Origin: Octopus sinensis
Lineage: Eukaryota
Direction: 5' to 3'
Assembly (NCBI RefSeq): GCF_006345805.1
Contig: NC_043016.1
Span: 30,380,001 to 30,444,000 of the forward strand
Length of the DNA stretch: 64,000 nt
Shown here: piece by piece, positions 27,784 through 39,065 of the stretch
How the letters are laid out: every line of letters starts with the position of its first letter
Numbering within the stretch: position 1 is the first letter of the stretch
Made by a program: the position numbers and the translations under genes
The notes under the pieces: generated by a model
Seen by the model: only the letters and a program-made list of their open reading frames with translations
Told to the model about the DNA's origin: nothing
Database searches by the model: none

Positions 27784-28969
27784 ACTGAGTTGTCAGATAA
27801 ATTCTTTCATTTCTTTCCAAAGTTATTTGAAATAAGAAAAATATTTTTGTCATAGTGTTTTCTACATCTTTTGTTTATCATTTTTGAAACTTGAATAAAT
27901 TTTACCTCCTTTCAGACAAATGATGATAAAGTGCCAAGTAGAAAAAAAATGTAACATTTTTGACATTTGCTTTCAATCAAGGCATTTTAAAAAAGCAGTC
28001 AAAAGCTGCTTGAGACGTTTGTGCTGTGTGTAGAGAAAGTGCCATTACTGAAAGAACTGCACAGAAATAGTTTTCAGACTTCAAGCAGGGGAATTCAACC
28101 TCACAGACTCAACATTTTTTGGTCAACCAGTTCAGTTAAGTGAGGATAGATTGAACCAGCTTATTCGTAATCCATAGGGAAACTGACACAACAGATGAAG
28201 TGCTCTCACGATACCATCAATCTGACACCATCACTCTATGGGTCAGGTCCAAAAAACTCAGTTCATTGATTCCATACATTCTGAATGAAAGAGATGAACT
28301 CTGGCACTCCTCCATGGCCACCAGTTTGCTCTCTCGACAACAGTCTACTTGGACACAAATGGAGATTTCTTTACTGTATCATTACAGGTGATGAAAGATG
28401 GTGTCTTTGCATCAGTATGAAACAGAAAAAAGAATGGATAAATCTAAACAAGCAAATAATACCTCCAGCCAAACCAGAGATGCATCTTCGTAAAACTATG
28501 ATTTGCATTTGGTGGCTAATCCACTACAAAATCCTTAAAAACAATGAGATATTTAATTTAGAGATTTACATTCAGTGATTGCATTAGATTAAGTGGTAAT
28601 CTATTTGAAACTCAACCAGTGACATTGATGTGCTTCTTCAACATGGTAATGCTTACCCATATGTTGCTAATTTGACCAAGAATGTCATTCAAGAGCTCAG
28701 GTTGGGAAGTTCTACACACTCACCATATTCTCCTCATATAACACTTTCTGATTATCACCTTTTTCAGTATTTTTCCAACAGTCTGCAAAGCATTTTATTC
28801 GACAACATAGAATGGAAAATGTGGTTTGACCTAATTCTACCATCAAGGCATTGACAAGAAGTGAACAATGAAAGAGAATACATTATTGACTGATTTGTAA
28901 ATTTGTTGATGAAAAATAGGCATTAAAATAAATGGAAAAAAACAAAAGAATTTATCTGACAACCAAATA
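27784..28969 (+). mobile_element. Dead mariner (DD34D-type) transposon inserted into a SINE
   Basis: TIRs GTTGTCAGATAAATTCTTT at both ends; IITGDERW, LLQHGNAYP (D changed to G), PYSPHITLSDYHLF; stops and frameshifts. Confidence 0.9.
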
Positions 28970-29275
28970 GTGTAGCGTTGAGCCAACAAAAGCCTTGTGA
29001 GTGGATTTGGTAGACAGAAACTTTAAGAGACCGATAGAATAAGTACTAGGCTTACAAAGAATAAGTCCTGGGATCAATTTGTTCAACTAAAGGCAGTACT
29101 CCAGCATGGCCACAATCAAACGACTGAAACAAGTAAGAGAATAAAAGAATATATTTAAATGTACATTTACATGTGTTCATGCATTTTCCTGTTTATAATC
29201 TCATTTACATACCTCTCCCATATATATATATATATATATATACACATACATAAAGAAGTATTATACACAAACATA

Positions 29276-29682
29276 TAAGCTGTGAGAACAGCTTAGAGCA
29301 GTGCTACTCAAAGTGGTGGCCCACGGACCGGTGCCGGTCTGTGAGCCATCAGCTGCCAGTGTGTGGTAAGTTTCCAGAAAAGAAAGAAACATAAAATGCT
29401 TATGTAATATTGTATTATTTGTTTACAAAATAAATATTTAAAAAAAGTTGTCAACTTTTATTATATTCATTATATATATTGTTTCCGGTATAAATTGATA
29501 TTACTAATATTACCGGTCCCTGGCACATTGGAGAAAAAAAACTGCCGGTACACCACATCAGATAGTTTGAGAAGCACTAGCTTAGAGAATCAGATAAATA
29601 CTCTTTAGACGATGGAAATGGATCCCTTTTCCATCATCTAAAGGGTATTTACCCTATTCTTTAAGCTATCCTCACAGTCTTA
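29276..29682. mobile_element. Small palindromic MITE (about 115 bp without insert) split by the hAT MITE
   Basis: With the hAT insert removed, CTGTGAGAACAGCTTAGAGAAT...GATGGAAA pairs with TTTCCATC...ATTCTTTAAGCTATCCTCACAG. Confidence 0.65.
29299..29579. mobile_element. hAT (MER5/Charlie-like) MITE, 281 bp
   Basis: TIRs CAGTGCTACTCAAA / TTTGAGAAGCACTA; perfect 8-bp TSD GCTTAGAG. Confidence 0.9.
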
Positions 29683-30022
29683 CTGCATTCACGAATTCTT
29701 TTATTTTCTGTATATGTATATATACAGCATAGGCTTGAAACATCAAAGACTTTTCCATTCTTCCTGAGCATCAAGCTAATACACCTGCTTGTTGTTCCAT
29801 CACCTGCCTTCATCTTTTATTTTCTATAAATTTGAACTATATATATATATATATACCCACACACACACACACACACATATTTGCAGCTGTACAGGCATTG
29901 TCAATTTGAAGGAGTGAGCTAATGTACATCACATACATTTGATCACTATAAACAAATCATTTGTGCAGGATGTTCAGCAAAAAAGCTGAACACTCACAAG
30001 ATATATATATATATATATATAA

Positions 30023-30053
<31 letters not shown>

Positions 30054-30099
30054 TATATAATACATACATCAAAATAAGCAACAAGGATATCCAGAGGTA

Positions 30100-30187
30100 A
30101 TGCAGTACAATCGTTTTGAGCAACTCCATTTAATTGAACAATGCAACCATTACATCAATTTAAATGCAGAGCAATCCTCAGCTGCAT
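30100..30187 (-). ncRNA. Degenerate hammerhead ribozyme relic (probably inactive)
   Basis: AUGCAG-CUGAGGA-[long stem II]-AAAA-CGAUUG-UA^CUGCAU: perfect 6-bp stem I, but G12 is changed to A and the base of stem II does not pair. Confidence 0.5.
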
Positions 30188-30493
30188 GAAGACATAGAAT
30201 TTAATTAAATTAAAACAGACGAACACATTAGTATAATTTTACCTAAAATTTCCAAGAAGGTAAGGAGATAGACAAAGAACATGCTGTCTTCACTTCAGCT
30301 TACTTTGAAATTGTATGGATAATACCATACTAAATTCTGGTGCCTCAACTTAAGTACCATATTCATCTGAATCTATCTATCTATCTATATATATATCATC
30401 ATCATCATCATCGTTTAACGTCCGCTTTCCATGCTAGCATGGGTGGGACGGTTCAACTGGGGTCTGGGGAGCCCGAAGGCTGCACCAGGCAAA

Positions 30494-30524
<31 letters not shown>

Positions 30525-30996
30525 TGTGTGTGTGTGGTAAGATAGTATCTCCTTGTCTTGACATCACATGATAGTTGTAAATAAGAGTCACTATCATACA
30601 AGTAATATCATTCATTTCTGGTATTCTGGGAAAATATGTCTGGCTATAGGAAAATATTACTTTGCTTGGAAACAGGTGAAGGTTGACAACAGGAAGGGCA
30701 TCTGGTTGTAGAAAGTCTACCCCCAATAAATTTTGTCCGACTAATGCAAGCATGGTAAGTTGGACATTAAAACAATAACACTCATGATCATCATTATTTA
30801 ATATCTGTTCTCCATGCTGGCATGGCTTGGATGGTTTCACAGGAGCCGGCCAGCTGGAGAGCTGCCCAGGCTTCATGTGTATGTTTTGGCAATGGTTTCT
30901 ATACTTGAATATCCTTCCCAATGCCTACAACATCACAGTGTGTGCTGGCTGCTTTTAAGCAGCAAGCTGGCAAAATGTTAGCATGTTAAACAATAT

Positions 30997-31029
<33 letters not shown>

Positions 31030-32443
31030 AAAATAAAAGGAAGGCACAGTAAAGTGTGATACACAACCAAAATTGGGTTCAGTAGAGGGCGCCACAATCC
31101 ACTACAGTAAGATGTGGGGCATTTTGCTGAAACACATGTATGTTCTATAAAGCTTTGAATACCACACCTGTTTTCTACTTATATATATATATCTATCTAT
31201 ATATATATATATATATATAACATCATCATCATTTAACATTATTTTTTCTATGCTGGCAGGTTTTATGTCAGAGCCCTCTGGTTCTTCTCTGTTCTTGCCA
31301 AACCATCCAACCCATGCTAGGATGGAAAATAAATGCAATGATGATTATATATATATATAATTAATAATTATATATATATGTATATATTTATATTAAGGGA
31401 GCAGACACATGAAGAAACACAAAAAGAAATGCAATGTTTTTCCTAGTATGTATCATGTTTTGATATTATCATTATCACCATCATTTAACTTCCACTTTCC
31501 ATGCTGGCCCGACATCTGTGTCTGTTTTAAGTTATATGTATGTATGTATATATACATATATATCTATATAGTACACATACTTCACGTCACATTTATTAGA
31601 AACTATAAAGTGGCAAAGTAGCGGAGTTGTTGGAGCATCAAACAGAATGCATTGTGGCAATCATTCCCACCCTCTGTACTCCAAGATCAACTTTACCTTT
31701 CATCTTTTCGGGTAATTCAATAAATAAAACACCAAACAAAGTGGTAGGTTGGTGGCATTGTTAGGCTACTGAATAAGATATCTTATGCTATTCATTCTGA
31801 ATCCAAATTCTCCCTGCTATCACAAACTTATGTATAGCAGGAAATGTGCCCTTCAATACCCAGAATATAATGATAGACTCCTACACTGGGACTATATAGT
31901 TGAATGTGCCCCTCCTATTTCTAGAGTTGTTTACTAGGCCAGAGATTCAAAGTAATGCTGTTGCTACTCAAAGGTCAGCACTCAATGAATTGACCAATGA
32001 TAAACAGTATTCCAGCCACGACATTCTCATCTTATTGTATATCAGAAAGATCATTATCAGATATTTCTTTCTTTTCTGTAATGTAGTAAGATGTTTATCG
32101 TAAACCTAGCCTTCTATTATAAGATCATTTTTACTGCTAATTCTAACAGGTCAAGTAATCATTTATAAGTACCTTCGTTAAACAATAACATTTAATTAAT
32201 GCTATAGTATAGCACTAATATCAATGCTTATTTCTCTAATCATAATTAATATTCTTTATATTCTCAGTATTCAATTATGAGGTTCTGGTACGCTGTTATA
32301 CTTTATTCCACCTTGTAGTCATACTATGGTCAGAAGAGGCCATCAGTAAAATGTTTTTTCTTTGCTGGATGCCCTTCCAAATGCCAACCACTTCAGGGTG
32401 GACTGGATGCTTTTTATGTGGTACGATCATATACATATATAGA

Positions 32444-32836
32444 TAGGTTTAAGAGACAGAATCACCCTCAAGCAATGCAATCATCATTGAATGACATTAT
32501 CCATGATAGGTAGATATAGGACTAAATATTAAAAAAATCATCAAAATTAATACCTTTAATTCTTATTCCAAATCATATACTTTACATTTTATAGACTATG
32601 AGCGTTTCATGACAACATATTCCTTGATATTGCTTTCAGAAATATTAAAATTATCAAATTTAATACCTTCAATTCTTATTCCAATTTGTAGTCTATATAA
32701 CGTAAAGTATATGATTTGGAATAAGAGTTGAAGGTATTAATTTTGATAATTTTTAATATTTAGTCCTATATGTACCTATCATGGATAAAGTCGTTCAAAG
32801 ATTGAGTTGCTAGAGGGTTATTCTGTCTTAAACCTA
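32444..32836. mobile_element. Foldback/long-TIR MITE (arms of about 150 bp)
   Basis: 32444-32598 is an imperfect reverse complement of about 32685-32836; partial arm duplication at 32641-32685. Confidence 0.75.
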
Positions 32837-32926
32837 TCTATCTATCTATATATATATATGTATATAATACAGTAATTCATTTTAGTACCACTAAATTGAT
32901 ATTTCTCTCCCCTTTGGACTGGAATA

Positions 32927-33026
32927 NNNNNNNNNNNNNNNNNNNNNNNNNNNNNNNNNNNNNNNNNNNNNNNNNNNNNNNNNNNNNNNNNNNNNNNNNN
33001 NNNNNNNNNNNNNNNNNNNNNNNNNN
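32927..33026. other. Assembly gap (100 N, true size unknown)
   Basis: Direct reading. Confidence 1.
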
Positions 33027-33605
33027 AGTTGAAGTTTGCAGATGTCCTTCATGTTAACATCAATATTGTGTTGTCAAATAAGGTGGCGAGCTGACGGAAT
33101 CGTTACCACGCCGGACAAAATGCTTAGCGGCATTTCTCCCAACTGTATGTTCTGTGTTAAAATGCCACTGGGGTCCACTTTGGCTTTCGGGATCGATAAA
33201 ATAAGTACCAGTTGAACACTGGAGTTCATGAAATCGACTTAATCCCTCCCACGAAATGGTTGGTCTTGTGCCAAAATTTGAAATCAATATTGTTATCAAA
33301 GGTATTCCGAACGATATTTCTTGTTTTTTTTTTTTTTTTTGATTGGTGGTGGAGGTGGGGAGCAAATGTAGTTACGCAGATATGAAAACAAAATACGCAA
33401 AAACGGTTTACTTCATCCTTTAGACACAATATATTCTAATATAACCCTAGGTCAATTGTAATATGATCAAAGACGTTCGATCCAGGATCTTCCCGTCTTT
33501 TCCTTTACATTTTTTCATTTAAATATCTACGATTGACAATAAGGTATTATTTCTAGCAGGTAAAAAAAAATGAAACCAGTGGTTCTCAATTTTTGACATT
33601 ACAGT

Positions 33606-33649
33606 ACAGAGGAATATCCATAGGGAAATCCCTATGGATATTCCTCTGT
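33606..33649. repeat. Perfect 20-bp inverted repeat with 4-nt loop
   Basis: ACAGAGGAATATCCATAGGG-AAAT-CCCTATGGATATTCCTCTGT. Confidence 0.95.
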
Positions 33650-34125
33650 TCACTTCTATGTCTGTTTTTTTTTTTTGGCGTTTTGCTTTACTCAGAGTAC
33701 TATGTATGTACTTTCGGTTATCATCGTTGTCTTCCTCTACTTCACTTAAGTGTTGCTTGTTGCACCACCGCACCACCATTGTGAACCATTTTCGAGGTGT
33801 TGTAATGCACCTGTATGCAATAAGCTCATTATTTAAAACACTGGCGCACTTTGTAAATTAAAAACCTTCCCGACTCTCTACGCATAGGATTTTTTTTTTT
33901 AAATAACCTATTTTATGTGAAGTTTTTTTTTTAAGAATCTATTTTAAAATCAAAAATTTAGGAAAAAATATTTTTTTAAAGTATTGCTTACCTTGTATTA
34001 TTAATCATATTTGTATACAACAAAACTAAGAACAATACATTTTTCAAAACGCTCAACCATTTAGTACATAGATATTCTTAAATCATAAATTACATTTTTG
34101 AAATCCGCGGCGCATGTAGATACAC

Positions 34126-34198
34126 CTTGCAGGGCATCAGTGTGCCGCTCAGCACTGTTTGTGAACCTCTGGCGAAGGTCGCCTCCCCCGTAAATTCA
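34126..34198 (-). CDS. SYNRG: Probable first coding exon of synergin gamma (MNLRGGDLRQRFTNSAERHTDALQG)
   Basis: ATG at 34198 with an upstream in-frame TAA; 73 nt ending in phase 1 at CAAG|GTGTAT, matching the phase-1 acceptor at 12914. Lies just downstream of an NRF1-like CpG cluster. The donor is weak and the join crosses an assembly gap. Confidence 0.55.
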
Positions 34199-34294
34199 TA
34201 CAAACTGCTGCTTTTACAGAGTCGTTCCGAGGTATCCTGTAGTACGGGCTTCTGAATTAGGAAGAGTTTTAAAATTGAAAATAAAAGGTCTGAT

Positions 34295-34362
34295 TCCTTT
34301 ACGCATGCGTGGATTTGCGCGCGCAGGCGCACACCTGTGTAGTGCGGATGCGCGAAAACGTG
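34295..34362 (-). promoter_or_regulatory. CpG-rich promoter with NRF1-like sites, probably the SYNRG promoter
   Basis: ACGCATGCGT (34301-34310), TGCGCGCGCA and GCGCAGGCGCA (34316-34331) in a GC-rich island about 100 bp upstream of the ATG at 34198. Confidence 0.65.
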
Positions 34363-34372
34363 CAACTTTCTA

Positions 34373-34545
34373 AAGGTGTTCCAACCGTGACCAATCCGCA
34401 TTAGAAAAGCATTCTGAACGTAATCATCCCGCCTTTCAAAAGTGTTCCGATCGTAACCATCCCGTTTTTTTAAGGTGTTCCAAACGCGACCATTCTCTAT
34501 TTTTAAAAGTGTTCCATCCATGACCACCCGTCTTTTTTTAAAATG
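34373..34545. repeat. Degenerate 33-34-bp tandem array (5 units) upstream of the SYNRG promoter
   Basis: Consensus about AAAGTGTTCC..CCGTGACCATCCCG.TTTTT. Confidence 0.75.
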
Positions 34546-34745
34546 TACTTCGGGAAAAAAATAGTCGAAAAAAAACAAAACAACGAAGAATGCTCATCTG
34601 TAGAATTCCTTCAATGACAAGTCTGCTAAATCAGAGCCGTCCTGGGGCTAAAGCAACTAACATCGGAGCGCGTGTGTGCGCGTGCATCTGTGTACAGCTG
34701 TCACCCAGTGTGCAGCTCCATTTCTCGTCAATACATATAATTCAT

Positions 34746-34981
34746 ATGAAGGCGGCGAGCTGGCAGAACCGTTAGCACGCCGGGCGAAATGCGTAGCCGT
34801 ATTTCGTCTGCCGTTACGTTCTGAGTTCAAATTCCGCCGAGGTCGACTTTGCCTTTCATCCTTTCGGGGTCGATAAATAAAGTACCAGTTACGCACTGGG
34901 GTCGATATAATCGACTTAATCCGTTTGTCTGTCCCTGTTTGTCCTCTCTGTGTTTAGCCCCTTGAGGGTAGTAAAGAAATA
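34746..34981 (+). mobile_element. MetaSINE-type SINE (family B) with 16-bp TSD; other copies at about 6830-7685(-, x3), 10200-10385, 16915-17347, 19365-19735, 23600-23822, 33065-33300, 35140-35870, 41425-41630, 48463-48680, 60682-60912, 63366-63602
   Basis: tRNA-like head; core GCCTTTCATCCTTTCGGGGTCGATAAA..AGTACCAG resembles the Meta domain; TSD AATACATATAATTCAT. Confidence 0.88.
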
Positions 34982-35036
34982 AATACATATAATTCATTGT
35001 TAAATTTACATACCTACACAAGTGTGCCTACCCTAT

Positions 35037-36252
35037 CGACTTTGTTTCTTCATAACTTTTGAGGAAAAATGAATAATTTTTTTAAAAATACGCTGCGAAT
35101 AGTACCGATTACGATTATATCGAAATATGTTGTGTAAAAGGCAGCGATCTGGCAGAAACATTAACACGCCGAGGTCGACTTTGCCTTTCATCCTTTCGGA
35201 GTCGATAAATTAAGTACCAGTTACGCACTGGGGTTGAAGTAATTGACTTAATCCCTTTGTCTGTCCTTGTTTGTCCCTTCTATGTTTAGCCCTTTGTGGC
35301 AATAAAGAAATAAGAAATGTTAACACGCCGGGCGAAATGTTTAGCGGTATTTCGTCTACCGTTACGTTCTGAGTTCAAATTCCGCCGAGGTTGACTTTAC
35401 CTTTCATCCTTTCGGGGTCGATAAATTAAGTCCCAGTTACGCACTGGGGTCGATATAATCGACTTAATCCGTTTGTCTGTCCTTGTTTGTCCACTCTGTG
35501 TGTAGCCCCTTGTGGGTAGTAAAGAAATAGGTATTTCGTCTGTCTTTATGTTCTAAGTTCAAATTCTGCCGTGGTCGACTTTACCTTTCAGGGTCGTGGG
35601 GTCATGGAGTCAATCTATTCGACTGGCCCCCTCCAAAAAAATTTCGGGCCTTGTGCATAGAGTAGAAAAGATTATTAAAGGCGGTGAGCTGGCAGAAACG
35701 TTAACACACCGGGCGAAATGCATAACAGTATTTCATCTGTCTTTATGTTCTAAGTTCAAATTCTGCCGAGATCGACTTTACCTTTCGGGGTCGCAGGGTG
35801 GGGGTCGATCTAATCGTCTGCCCACCCCCCACTTCCCCCAAATTTCGGGCCTTATGCCTAGAGTAGAAAAGGAATATGTGGCGTAAAAAGTTTTCTGAGA
35901 GTAGGGAAAAGAGTTTCAGAAAATTCACACGAATCGGCTTTTAGGAAAATGGATAGTTTTTTGGTTTTTTTTTAGCGAAATGTTTTACAAATAACTTTCA
36001 GGATGTGTAGATTACAATTATATCGGAAGTTAATATGAAAAAAAAAAAAAAAAGTAGATTTGTACGCACACTTTCTTTCGAAATTTCAAGTTTTACTTTG
36101 TGGATATATAAGTGTGTCAGTACGTTTTTTTTTTTTTTTTCCTTGTCATTATATATTCCGATTTAATCCTAATCTATACACTCTGAAAGGTATTTGTAAG
36201 AAATTTCATAAAAATTTATCCACTTCGTGAAAGTTATGAGGAAACAAAGTCG
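35037..36252. mobile_element. Composite inverted-repeat element containing a cluster of MetaSINE-type copies
   Basis: CGACTTTGTTTCTTCATAACTTT (35037) versus AAAGTTATGAGGAAACAAAGTCG (36230); second IR 35990-36028 versus 36156-36195. Confidence 0.5.
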
Positions 36253-36417
36253 ACGCGTAAAAATTTTCCGAAATTCCTCTGACCACCCACAAAAAAAAAA
36301 GAAAAAAAACTTATCGCAAATTCCGGGCAAGTGTCTTTTACTATAGCCCTATAGCATCGGACCGAGCAAAGCCTTGTAAGTGGATTTGGCAGATGGAAAA
36401 TGAATGAAACCCGTCGA

Positions 36418-36491
36418 ATAATATATTATATATATATAAAGTTTATATTATATATATATATATATATTATATATATATCTATTATATATAT

Positions 36492-36571
<80 letters not shown>

Positions 36572-36600
36572 TATATATAATATATATATATATATTACTA
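36418..36600. repeat. (TA)n microsatellite (other long tracts at about 40060-40183, 30000-30060, 27375-27416, 56530-56610)
   Basis: Direct reading; these tracts generate many spurious Y/I/V/C/M-rich ORFs in the track. Confidence 0.95.
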
Positions 36601-36613
36601 TATAATACACATA

Positions 36614-37856
36614 CACAGGCATGACAGAAGTAGACACACTTATAATCATTAAAATTCATTTAAATCTGAAATTATACATTCAATTATTTATTGACTGTTA
36701 AAATGTGAATATTTAATATTTAATAGACATGCCCTTTGCATTTTTTAATGCAAGGGCCCTGTTAGGCATGCTACTGATCAGATGATGAATATTCTCTTGC
36801 GAAATTTCTTGCCAAGTTTCATGCAGTAATCTCAAAAGATCTGGCTTTGAAGATGAGTTCTTGTACTTTTATGAAGTGTCCTGCCCAATATGTCCTAAAA
36901 ATTTTCCATAGGGTTCATATCTGATGACTGGCTTGGCCATGGAAGCTTTTTAATGTCATTCTTATCCAACAAATTTTGGGTCATTTTAGCCGTGTAATAA
37001 GGAACCACGTCTTCCATAAGTAAAGAGTCTTTTTTAATCATTTCACTACTGGAGAAGATTTGAAGGAGTCCTTTCTGCAATCTGAACACATATTTATCTG
37101 AGATAATATTTCTCTCACACTCTATCAGCTCTGATCAACCATTGCTGCAAATTGCTCCCCAGTCAATCACAGAATAGATGCCGTGTTTCATTGTTGGCTG
37201 CAATCTTTCCATTTCAGGTTCTTGATCACAGTGTCTCCAGAGCCACACTCAACCACTGTTAGGAAATACAGCAAATATGGACTCATCAGAGAATAAGACA
37301 GTCTCAAAATGCTGGTGGCCTCTCCACCATCTCACTGGCCCGATCTTTTCTCCGCTTGATGTTGGCTGGTTGAAGAAGTGGCTTCCTTCTTGCTGCTCTG
37401 CCATAGTAACCAAATTTGTGGAGATACCTGACAGCTGTTCTGGGACTAACATCAACTTGTTCTGCTATGTCAGAGGCACTGTAACGAGGATTATACTCCA
37501 CACTTCTCTTAACCAAGAGAAGGGTCCTGTCAGAGGATCCTGGTTGATCTGGGCAAGGTGATGTGGACTCTTTTCCTTCTCGGGTGAATTCCACAATTAT
37601 TCTGTTAACAGTAGAAAGCGGGATCCCAAGGTTTTCTGCGATTTTACGTTATGTTCACTTTCAGAATGACCCACAATGTGGCCTCTTTGAAATCCAGACA
37701 GTTTCAAGGCTTCTTTTGCACTTGGCATGATTAACCAGTCACATATAGAACCTGAAACATAAAAATGTCAATTAATAAAAGATATAAACCTTTACAAGAT
37801 AGAATAAACATAAAAAGACGTTTTATGGGGTGTCTATTTACTTCTGTCATGTGTGT
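36614..37856 (-). mobile_element. Dead Tc1-like transposon
   Basis: TIRs CA..CATGACAGAAGTA..GACAC; GYYGRAARRKPLL, VLFSDES, LPWPSQSSDMNPMEN fragments. Confidence 0.9.
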
Positions 37857-37878
37857 GTGGGTGTGTGTGTGTGTGTAA

Positions 37879-37921
<43 letters not shown>

Positions 37922-37924
<3 letters not shown>

Positions 37925-38762
37925 AGTTGATCTTGCAGGCATGAAGTGGATTCGATCCACCATGGCCAAATTTAAATTAACTGTTCAACTGGACTTTTCT
38001 CACAGTAAAATAATAGTTTTTGTGACAGCAGTTTTACATTTGCCAGATTGCCTTAGCTAGGCAGAAATAATGTCTTCATCACTTGACCTTTCTAACCTCT
38101 TCTATTTCACCAAAGGCTAGAATTAAGATAACAAGACCACCAACTAAATCTATTGTCCCCAACGATGTGTCTATCCTTCTGGATAGTTATAAAAGCAAGA
38201 ACCCCAAGCAAAATCAGTTAGTCACTTGGTGATAGCTGAGTTAGTCGGCTTGCGACAACTCAATCAGTTAGTTAATGAATGACAACTCGAGTTAGAGATA
38301 GCTACCATCAGTTAGGGAGCGGAACGCTAGAATCATGACCACAAGCAAGACAGCTACTAAAGAAAATGGTCAAAGGCGGAAATGAAATTTACTCTCAACA
38401 GCTATGAGACATCTTCCCACGACCGTACAACTTACACTAGCTCTAATTCTGTTCCCTTACAATATCATTCTATCGCTATCTGTGGGTTACTACAAAGAAA
38501 ATGTGTACACAAAACTATACAAGGATTATCTACCACATCTAACTTTACTTCGCATACTCTAGGATTTTATCACCTGCCAGTCGAGGCAAGGTATATTCGA
38601 TGTGACGGTAAATAAATATTTTCTTCACAACTTCAATCACTGTTGTTTCATCTTTACATAATGGTAATCAACGAAGGATTACAAGCAGATTACATCCATC
38701 CTGCTGTGTATCAACTATCGTTTATCATATTATCGTTATACAACTTAATATCTTCCGTTACA
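37922..38762. mobile_element. Possible solo LTR (about 840 bp)
   Basis: TGTA...TACA termini, AATAAA about 150 bp before the end, iterated (C/G)AGTTAG motifs at 38215-38325. TSD hidden by flanking microsatellites. Confidence 0.4.
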
Positions 38763-38894
38763 CACACACATATATAATTATGTGCTTACTCCAGTGAAAC
38801 TCTGAGTAACTGGTTTTATGATATTTCTGCTGCTTTTAATAAAGTGTGTATGGTGTGTGTGTGTGTAGATGGTTGAAAAAGAACACACGAGTTG

Positions 38895-38983
38895 ATACAT
38901 ACATACATACATACATACATACATACATACATACATACATACATACATACATACATACATACGTACGTACGTACATACATACA

Positions 38984-39017
<34 letters not shown>

Positions 39018-39065
39018 CATACATACATACATACATACATACATACATACATACATACATACATA
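38895..39065. repeat. (TACA)n microsatellite
   Basis: Direct reading. Confidence 0.95.

Noticed and set aside
29715-29830. GAAAC(A)TC half of another Penelope-type hammerhead
   Set aside because: The CUGANGA half is missing, so no ribozyme can be called.
34090-34578. 162-aa minus-strand ORF from the track
   Set aside because: Runs through the 33-bp array and promoter; the plausible exon is in a different frame.
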